From Eledone cirrhosa (lineage: Eukaryota), in contig OZ024740.1 in assembly GCA_964016885.1 (NCBI GenBank), positions 13,888,001-13,952,000 on the forward strand: 64,000 bases of DNA, in the 5' to 3' direction. The notes under the pieces were generated by a model, which was given only the letters and a program-made list of their open reading frames with translations, had not been told where the DNA came from and did no database searches. Numbering within the stretch: position 1 is the first letter of the stretch; each line of letters starts with the position of its first letter. The position numbers and the translations under genes were made by a program. Of the stretch, positions 54,501 to 64,000 are shown one piece after another.

Positions 54501-57500
54501 GTATTACTGGTATACAGCCAGAGTACGGTGTTTTAAAACAGTGTATCACTGGTATACAGCCGGAGTAAGGTGTTTTAAAACTGTGTATTACTGGTATACA
54601 GCCGGAGTAAGGTGTTTTAAAACCGTGTATTACTGGTATACAGCCGGAGTAAGGTGTTTTAAAACCGTGTATCACTGGTATACAGCCAGAGTAAGGTGTT
54701 TTAAAACCGTGTATCACAGGTATACAGCCGGAGTAATGTGTTTTAAAACCGTGTATCGCTGGTATACAGCCAAAGATATTTTAAAACTGTGTATTACTGG
54801 TATACAGCCAGAGTAATGTGTTTTAAAACTGTGTATCACTGGTATACAGCTAAAGATGTTTTAAAACCGTGTATCACTGGTATACAGCCAGAGTACGGTG
54901 TTTTAGAACTGTGTATCACTGGTATACAGCCGGAGTAAGGTGTTTTAAAACTGTGTATCACTGGTATACCGCCGGAGTAAGGTGTTTTAAAACTGTGTAT
55001 TACTGGTATACAGCCGGAGTAAGGTGTTTTAAAAATGTGTATCACTGGTATACAGCCAGAGTAAGGTGTTTTAAAACTGTGTATTACAGGTATACAGCCG
55101 GAGTAAAGTGTTTTAAAACTGTGTATCACTGGTATACAGCCGGAGTAAGGTGTTTTAAAACCGTGTATCACTGGTATACAGCCGGGGTAAGGTGTTTTAA
55201 AACTGTGTATTACTGGTATACAGCCGGAGTACGGTGTTTTAAAACTGTGTATTACTGGTATACAGCCGGAGTAAGGTGTTTTAAAACTGTGTATTACTGG
55301 TATACAGCCGGAGTAAAGTGTTTTAAAACTGTGTATTACTGGTATACAGCCGGAGTAAGGTGTTTTAAAACTGTGTATTACAGGTATACAGCCGGAGTAA
55401 GGTGTTTTAAAACTGTGTATTACTGGTATACAGCCAGAGTAAGGTGTTTTAAAACTGTGTATCACTGGTATACAGCCGGAGTAAGGTGTTTTAAAACTGT
55501 GTATCACTGGTATACAGCCGGAGTAAGGTGTTTTAAAACTGTGTATTACAGGTATACAGCCGGAGTAAGGTGTTTTAAAACTGTGTATCACTGGTATACA
55601 GCCAGAGTAAGGTGTTTTAAAACTGTGTATCACTGGTATACAGCCGGAGTAAGGTGTTTTAAAACTGTGTATCACTGGTATACAGCCGGAGTAAGGTGTT
55701 TTAAAACTGTGTATTACAGGTATACAGCCAGAGTACAGTGTTTTAAAACCGTGTATCACTGGTATACAGCCGGAGTTAGGTGTTTTAAAACTGTGCATTA
55801 CAGGTATACAGCCGGAGTAAGGTGTTTTAAAACCGTGTATCACTGGTATACAGCCAGAGTACGGTGTTTTAAAACTGTGTATCACTGGTTTACAGCCGGA
55901 GTAAGGTGTTTTAAAACCGTGTATCACTGGTATACAGCCGGAGTAAGGTGATTTAAAACTGTGAATTACTGGTATACAGCCAGAGTAAGGCGTTTTAAAT
56001 TGTATATTACTGGTATACAGCTGGAGTAAGGTGTTTTAAAACTGTATCACTGGTATACAGCCAAAGATATTTTAAAACCGGGTTTCACTGGTATACAGCC
56101 AGAGTAAGGTGTTTTAAAACTGTATCACTGGTATAAAGCCAAAGATATTTTAAAACTGTGTATTACAGGTATACAGCCGGAGTAAGTTGTTTTAAAACTG
56201 TGTATTACTGTTATACAGCTAAAGATGTTTTAAAACCGTGTATCACTGGTATACAGCCGGATAAGGTGTTTTAAAACTGTGTATTACTGGTATACAGCTA
56301 AAGATGTTTTAAAACCGTGTATCACTGGTATACAACCGGAGTAAGGTGTTTTAAAACTGTGTATCACTGGTATACAGCCAGAGTACGGTGTTTTAAAACT
56401 GTGTATTACTGGTATACAGCCGGAGTAAGGTGTTTTAAAACCGTGTATTAATGGTATACAGCCGGAGTAAGGTGTTTTAAAACCGTGTAACACTGGTATA
56501 CAGCCAAATATGTTTTAAAAGCGTGTATCACTGGTATACAGCCGGAGTAAGGTGTTTTAAAACTGTGTATCACTGGTATACAGCCAGAGTACGGTGTTTT
56601 AAAACTGTGTATTACTGGTATACAGCCAGAGTACGGTGTTTTAAAACAGTGTATCACTGGAATACAGCCGGAGTAAGGTGTTTTAAAACTGTGTATTACT
56701 GGTATACAGCCGGAGTAAGGTGTTTTAAAACCGTGTATTACTGGTATACAGCCGGAGTAAGGTGTTTTAAAACCGTGTATCACTGGTATACAGCCAAATA
56801 TGTTTTAAAAGCGTGTATCACTGGTATACAGCCGGAGTAAGGTGTTTTAAAACTGTGTATTACTGGTATACAGCCGAGTACGGTGTTTTAAAACCGTGTA
56901 TCACTGGTATACAGCCAGAGTACGGTGTTTTAAAACTGTGTATCACTGGTATACAGCCGGAGTTAGGTGTTTTAAAACTGTGCATTACAGGTATACAGCC
57001 GGAGTAAGGTGTTTTAAAACCGTGTATCACTGGTATACAGCCAGAGTACGGTGTTTTAAAACTGTGTATCACTGGTTTACAGCCGGAGTAAGGTGTTTTA
57101 AAACCGTGTATCTCTGGTATACAGCCGGAGTAAGGTGATTTAAAACTGTGAATTACTGGTATACAGCCAGAGTAAGGCGTTTTAAATTGTATATTACTGG
57201 TATACAGCCGGAGTAAGGTGTTTTAAAACTGTATCACTGGTATACAGCCAAAGATATTTTAAAACCGGGTTTCACTGGTATACAGCCAGAGTAAGGTGTT
57301 TTAAAACTGTATCACTGGTATACAGCCAAAGATATTTTAAAACTGTGTATTACAGGTATACAGCCGGAGTAAGTTGTTTTAAAACTGTGTATTACTGTTA
57401 TACAGCTAAAGATGTTTTAAAACCGTGTATCACTGGTATACAGCCGGATAAGGTGTTTTAAACTGTGTATTACTGGTATACAGCTAAAGATGTTTTAAAA

Positions 57501-60500
57501 CCGTGTATCACTGGTATACAACCGGAGTAAGGTGTTTTAAAACTGTGTATCACTGGTATACAGCCAGAGTACGGTGTTTTAAAACTGTGTATTACTGGTA
57601 TACAGCCGGAGTAAGGTGTTTTAAAACCGTGTATTAATGGTATACAGCCGGAGTAAGGTGTTTTAAAACCGTGTAACACTGGTATACAGCCAAATATGTT
57701 TTAAAAGCGTGTATCACTGGTATACAGCCGGAGTAAGGTGTTTTAAAACTGTGTATCACTGGTATACAGCCAGAGTACGGTGTTTTAAAACTGTGTATTA
57801 CTGGTATACAGCCAGAGTACGGTGTTTTAAAACAGTGTATCACTGGAATACAGCCGGAGTAAGGTGTTTTAAAACTGTGTATTACTGGTATACAGCTGGA
57901 GTAGGTGTTTTAAAACCGTGTATTACTGGTATACAGCCGGAGTAAGGTGTTTTAAAACCGTGTATCACTGGTATACAGCCAAATATGTTTTAAAAGCGTG
58001 TATCACTGGTATACAGCCGGAGTAAGGTGTTTTAAAACTGTGTATTACTGGTATACAGCCGAGTAAGGTGTTTTAAAACCGTGTATTACTGGTATACAGC
58101 CGGAGTAAAGTGTTTTAAAACCGTGTATTACTGGTATACAGCCAGAGTAAGGTGTTTTAAAACCGTGTATCACAGGTATACAGCCGGAGTAATGTGTTTT
58201 AAAACCGTGTATCGCTGGTATACAGCCAAAGATATTTTAAAACTGTGTATTACTGGTATACAGCCGGAATAATGTGTTTTAAAACTGTGTATCACTGGTA
58301 TACAGCTAAAGATGTTTTAAAACCGTGTATCACAGGTATACAGCCAGAGTACGGTGTTTTAGAAGTGTGTATCACTGGTATACAGCCAGAGTAAGATGTT
58401 TTAAAACCGTGTATCACTGGTATACAGCCAGAGTACGGTGTTTTAGAACTGTGTATCACTCGTATACAGCCGGAGTAAGGTGTTTTAAAACCGTGTATCA
58501 CTGGTATACAGCCAGAGTACGGTGTTTTAGAACTGTGTATCACTGGTATACAGCCGGAGTAAGATGTTTTAAAACTGTGTATCACTGGTATACAGCCAGA
58601 GTACGGTGTTTTAAAACTGTGTATAACTGGTATACAGCCAGAGTACGGTGTTTTAGAACTGTGTATCACTGGTATACAGCCGGAGTAAGGTGTTTTAGAA
58701 CTGTGTATCACTGGTATACAGCCGGAGTAAGGTGTTTTAAAACTGTGTATCACTGGTATACAGCCAGAGTACGGTGTTTTAGAACTGTGTATCACTGGTA
58801 TACAGCCGGAGTAAGGTGTTTTAAAACCGTGTATCACTGGTATACAGCCAGAGTACGGTGTTTTAGAACTGTGTATCACTGGTATACAGCCGGAGTAAGG
58901 TGTTTTAAAACTGTGTATGACTGGTATACAGCCAGAGTACGGTGTTTTAAAACTGTGTATAACTGGTATAAAGCCGGAGTAAGGTGTTTTAAAACTGTGT
59001 ATCACTGGTATACAGCCGGAGTAAGGTTTTTTTAAAACTGTGTATAACTGGTATACAGCCAGAGTACGGTGTTTTAAAACTGTGTATCACTGGTATACAG
59101 CCTGAGTAAGGTGTTTTAAAACTGTGTATCACTGGTATACAGCCGGAGTAAGGTGTTTTAAAACTGTGTATTACTGGTATACAGCCGGAGTAAGGTGTTT
59201 TAGAACTGTGTATCACTGGTATACAGCCAAAGATATTTTAAAACCGTGTATCACTGGTATACAGCGAGAGTAAGGTGTTTGAAAACTGTGTATTACTGGT
59301 ATAAAGCCGGAGTAAGATGTTTTAAAACCGTGTATCACTGGTATACAGCCGGAGTAAGGTGTTTTAAAACTGTGTATTACTGGTATACAGCCGGTGTAAG
59401 GTGTTTTAAAACTGTGTATTACAGGTATACAGCCGGAGTAAGGTGTTTTAAAACTGTGTATTACTGGTATACAGCCGGAGTAAGGTGTTTTGAAACTGTG
59501 TATTACAGGTATACAGCCGGAGTAAGGTGTTTTAAAACTGTGTATTACAGGTATACAGCCGGAGTAAGGTGTTTTAAAACTGTGTATTACTGGTATTCAG
59601 CCGGAGTAAGGTGTTTTAAAACTGTGTATTACTGGTATACAGCCGGAGTAAGGTGTTTTAAAACAGTGTATCACTGGTATACAGCCGGAGTAAGGTGTTT
59701 TAAAACTGTGTATCACTGGTATACAGCCAGAGTACGGTGTTTTAAAACTGTGTATCACTGGTATACAGCCGGAGTAAGGTGTTTTAAAACCGTGTATCAC
59801 TGGTATACAGCCGGAGTAAGGTGTTTTAAAACTGTGTATTACTGGTATACAGCCGGAGTAAGGTGTTTTAAAACCGTGTATTACTGGTATACAGCCGGAG
59901 TAAGGTGTTTTAAAACCGTGTATTACAGGTATATAGCCAGAGTAAGGCGTTTTAAAATTGTATATCACTGGTATACAGCCGGAGTAAGGTGTTTTAAAAC
60001 TGTATCACTGGTATACATCAAAGATATTTTAAAACTGTATTACAGATATACAGCCGGAGTAAGATGTTTTAAAACTGTGTATTACTGTTATACAGCTAAA
60101 GATGTTTTAAAATCGTGTATCACTGGTATACTGCCGGAGTAAGGTGTTTTAAAACTGTGTATTACTGGTATACAGCAACAGATGTTTTAAAACCGTGTAT
60201 CACTGGTATACAGCCGGAGTAAGGTGTTTTAAAACTGTGTATCACTGCTATACAGCCAGAGTACGGTGTTTTAAAACTGTGTATTACAGGTATACAACCA
60301 GAGTACGGTGTTTTAAAACAGTGTATCACTGGTATACAGCCTGAGTAAGGTGTTTTAAAACTGTGTATTACTGGTATACAGCCGGAGTAAGGTGTTTTAA
60401 AACCGTGTATTACTGGTATACAGCCGGAGTAAGGTGTTTTAAAACCGTGTATCACTGGTATACAGCCAAAGATGTTTTAAAACCGTGTATCACTGGTATA

Positions 60501-60959
60501 CAGCCGGAGTAAGGTGTTTTAAAACTGTGTATTACTGGTATACAGCCGGAGTAAGGTGTTTTAAAACCGTGTATTACAGGTATATAGCCAGAGTAAGGCG
60601 TTTTAAAATTGTATATCACTGGTATACAGCAGGAGTAAGGTGTTTTAAAACTGTATCATTGGTATACATCAAAGATATTTTAAAACTGTATTACAGGTAT
60701 ACAGCCGGAGTAAGATGTTTTAAAACTGTGTATTACTGTTATACAGCTAAAGATGTTTTAAAACCGTGTATCACTGGTATACTGCCGGAGTAAGGTGTTT
60801 TAAAACTGTGTATTACTGGTATACAGCAAAAGATGTTTTAAAACCGTGTATCACTGGTATACAGCCGGAGTAAGGTGTTTTAAAACTGTGTATCACTGGT
60901 ATACAGCCAGAGTACGGTGTTTTAAAACAGTGTATTACAGGTATACAGCCAGAGTACGG

Positions 60960-63900
60960 TGTTTTAAAACAGTGTATCACTGGTATACAGCCGGAGTAAG
61001 GTGTTTTAAAACTGTGTATTACTGGTATACAGCCGGAGTAAGGTGTTTTAAAACCGTGTATTACTGGTATACAGCCGGAGTAAGGTGTTTTAAAACCGTG
61101 TATCACTGGTATACAGCCAAAGATGTTTTAAAACCGTGTATCACTGGTATACAGCCGGAGTAAGGTGTTTTAAAACTGTGTATTACTGGTATACAGCCGA
61201 GTAAGGTGTTTTAAAACCGTGTATTACTGGTATACAGCCGGAGTAAAGTGTTTTAAAACCGTGTATTACTGGTATACAGCCAGAGTAAGGTGTTTTAAAA
61301 CTGTGTATTGCAGGTATACAGCCGGAGTAAGGTGTTTTAAAACTGTGTATCACTGGTATACAGCCGGAGTTAGGTGTTTTAAAACCGTGTATCACTGGTA
61401 TACAGCCAAAGATATTTTAAAACTGTGTATTACTGGTATACAGCCGGAGTAATGTGTTTTTAAACTGTGTATCACTGGTATACAGCCAGAGTAAGGTGTT
61501 TTAAAACCGTGTATCACTGGTATACAGCCAGAGTACGGTGTTTTAGAACTGTGTATCACTGGTATACAGCCAGAGTAAGGTGTTTTAAAACCGTGTATCA
61601 CTGGTATACAGCCGGAGTAAGGTGTTTTAAAACCGTGTATCACTGGTATACAGCCAGAGTACGGTGTTTTAAAACTGTGTATAACTGGTATACAGCCGGA
61701 GTAAGGTGTTTTAAAACTGTGTATCATTGGTATACAGCCGGAGTAAGGTGTTTTAAAACTGTATATAACTGGTATACAGCCGGAGTAATGTGTTTTAAAA
61801 CTGTGTATTACTGGTATACAGGCAGAGCAAGGTTTTTTTAAAACTGTGTATAACTGGTATACAGCCAGAGTACGGTGTTTTAAAACTGTGTATCACTGGT
61901 ATACAGCCGGAGTAAGGTGTTTTAAAACTGTGTATCACTGGTATACAGCCGGAGTAAGGTGTTTTAAAACTGTGTATTACTGGTATACAGCCGGAGTAAG
62001 GTCTTTTAGAACTGTGTATCACTGGTATACAGCCAGAGTAAGGTGTTTTAAAACTGTGTATTACTGGTATACAGCCGGAGTAAGATGTTTTAAAACCGTG
62101 TATCACTGGTATACAGCCGGAGTAAGGTGTTTTAAAACTGTGTATTACTGGTATACAGCCGGAGTAAGGTGTTTTAAAACTGTGTACTACTGGTATACAG
62201 CCGGAGTAAGGTGTTTTAAAACTGTGTATTATAGGTATACAGCCGGAGTAAGGTGTTTTAAAACTGTGTATTACAGGTATACAGCCGGAGTAAGGTGTTT
62301 TAAAACTGTGTATTACTGGTATACAGCCGGAGTAAGGTGTTTTAAAACTGTGTATTACAGGTATACAGCCGGAGTAAGGTGTTTTAAAACTGTGTATTAC
62401 AGGTATACAGCCGGAGTAAGGTGTTTTAAAACTGTGTATTACTGGTATTCAGCCGGAGTAAGGTGTTTTAAAACTGTGTATTACTGGTATACAGCCGGAG
62501 TAAGGTGTTTTAAAACAGTGTATCACTGGTATACAGCTGGAGTAAGGTGTTTTAAAACTGTGTATCACTGGTATACAGCCAGAGTACGGTGTTTTAAAAC
62601 TGTGTATCACTGGTATACAGCCGGTGTAAGGTGTTTTAAAAGCGTGTATCACTGGTATACAGCCGGAGTAAGGTGTTTTAAAACTGTGTATTACTGGTAT
62701 ACAGCCGGAGTAAGGTGTTTTAAAACCGTGTATTACAGGTATATAGCCAGAGTAAGGCGTTTTAAAATTGTATATCACTGGTATACAGCAGGAGTAAGGT
62801 GTTTTAAAACTGTATCACTGGTATACAGCCAAAGATATTTTAAAACCGTGTATTACTGGTATACAGCCAGAGTAAGGTGTTTTAAAACTGTATCACTGGT
62901 ATACAGCCAAAGATATTTTAAAACTGTGTATTACAGGTATACAGCCGGAGTAAGATGTTTTAAAACTGTGTATTACTGTTATACAGCTAAAGATGTTTTA
63001 AAACCGTGTATCACTGGTATACAGCCGGAGTAAGGCGTTTTAAAACTGTGTATTACTGGTATACAGCTAAAGATGTTTTAAAACCGTGTATCACTGCTAT
63101 ACAGCCGGAGTAAGGTGTTTTAAAACTGTGTATCACTGGTATACAGCCAGAGTACGGTGTTTTAAAACTGTGTATTACTGGTATACAGCCAGAGTACGGT
63201 GTTTTAAAACAGTGTATCACTGGTATACAGCCGGAGTAAGGTGTTTTAAAACTGTGTATTGCTGGTATACAGCCGGAGTAAGGTGTTTTAAAACCGTGTA
63301 TTACTGGTATACAGCCGGAGTAAGGTGTTTTAAAACCGTGTATCACTGGTATACAGCCAAAGATGTTTTAAAACCGTGTATCACTGGTATACAGCCGGAG
63401 TAAGGTGTTTTAAAACTGTGTATTACTGGTATACAGCCGAGTAAGGTGTTTTAAAACCGTGTATTACTGGTATACAGCCGGAGTAAAGTTGTTTTAAAAC
63501 CGTGTATTACTGGTATACAGCCAGAGTAAGGTGTTTTAAAACCGTGTATCACAGGTATACAGCCGGAGTAATGTGTTTTAAAACCGTGTATCACTGGTAA
63601 ACAGCCAAAGATATTTTAAAACTGTGTATTACTGGTATACAGACGGAGTAATGTGTTTTTAAACTGTGTATCACTGGTATACAGCCAAAGATGTTTTAAA
63701 ACCGTGTATCACTGGTATACAGCCAGAGTACGGTGTTTTAGAACTGTGTATCACTGGTATACAGCCAGAGTAAGGTGTTTTAAAACCGTGTATCACTGGT
63801 ATACAGCCAGAGTACGGTGTTTTAGAACTGTGTTTCACTGGTATACAGCCGGAGTAAGATGTTTTAAAACTGTGTATCACTGGTATACAGCCAGAGTACG

Positions 63901-64000
63901 GTGTTTTAAAACTGTGTATCACTGGTATACAGCCGGAGTAAGGTGTTTTAAAACTGTGTATCACTGGTATACAGCCAGAGTACGGTGTTTTAGAACTGTG
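60960..64000 (+). repeat. More diverged terminal segment of the array with no near-identical long partner in the window
   Basis: Landmarks follow the same order as ~58,000-60,500 (GCCGAGTAAGG, GGTTTTTTTAAAAC, GGTATTCAG, GTATATAGCC). Offsets are irregular (59597/62449 = 2,852; 60162/63053 = 2,891) and there are private variants (GGCAGAGCAAGG, GTCTTTTAGA, GTGTACTACT, GGTAAACAG). Confidence 0.7.

Larger units (their letters stand above)
40350..60960 (+). repeat. ~20.6-kb super-unit; collinear paralogue of ~5,570-40,350 once the 4.58-kb and 9.8-kb duplications are removed
   Basis: Offsets step through 34,736 (5858/40594), 35,316 (9818/45134), 35,230 (11785/47015), 35,128 (15217/50345), 35,086 (17147/52233, 21437/56523) and then 30,506 (26307/56813, 30307/60813). 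Arithmetic check: 35,086-4,580=30,506 and 30,506-9,801=20,705, which matches 40108/60813. Confidence 0.87.
1..64000 (+). repeat. 42-bp tandem satellite array (~1,500 head-to-tail monomers) that runs past both window edges
   Basis: The consensus TGTTTTAAAACTGTGTATCACTGGTATACAGCCGGAGTAAGG recurs on every line, in one orientation. The ORF track shows a 14-aa period on both strands (CFKTVYHWYTAGVR on +, IHSFKTPYSGCIPV on -). Most monomers differ from consensus at only a few positions. Confidence 0.99.

Noticed and set aside
144-63964. All ORF-track entries as real protein-coding genes
   Set aside because: They are pure 14-aa translations of the satellite, overlap on both strands, mostly start at internal GTG codons, and have no unique N- or C-terminal domain. 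They are repeatedly broken by 1-, 2- and 4-bp indels that were amplified without apparent selection.
1-64000. Rolling-circle/MDA concatemer, synthetic construct or telomerase-type repeat
   Set aside because: Ordered, heritable variants shared across nested blocks of many sizes indicate evolutionary history and not copying of one template. There are no foldback inversions and no short telomeric motif. Mis-assembly of individual large blocks remains possible.
1-64000. Embedded transposon, tRNA/rRNA gene, inversion or unique island
   Set aside because: Every stretch I read resolves into variants of the same monomer on the same strand. A very small insertion could have been missed by eye.

Overview
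The whole 64,000-bp window is one uninterrupted, head-to-tail satellite array of about 1,500 copies of a 42-bp monomer. The + strand consensus is TGTTTTAAAACTGTGTATCACTGGTATACAGCCGGAGTAAGG (17/42 GC; for example 501-542). I saw no unique sequence, inversion, transposon, RNA gene or credible protein gene. The ORF track is a by-product of a 42-bp (14-codon) period with one stop-free frame per strand. The informative signal is in the architecture. (1) Each monomer holds a perfect 10-bp palindrome (GTTTTAAAAC) next to a 21-bp imperfect inverted repeat whose mismatches are G-T wobbles on the + strand. (2) A cassette of shortened monomers (24, 36, 38, 40 and 41 bp) recurs about 30 times, on average every ~2.1 kb, and marks an ancestral higher-order unit. 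(3) Nested, near-identical duplications occur at offsets of 84, 210, 651, 1,186, 1,875, 2,140, 4,580, ~9,800-9,885, 11,952, 20,705, 30,506 and ~35,000 bp. (4) Two linked monomer haplotypes shift the position of a CpG. The window most likely comes from eukaryotic heterochromatic or (peri)centromeric satellite, but organism and function cannot be determined from the sequence alone. Counts and breakpoints were read by eye and from ORF-track offsets and are approximate.
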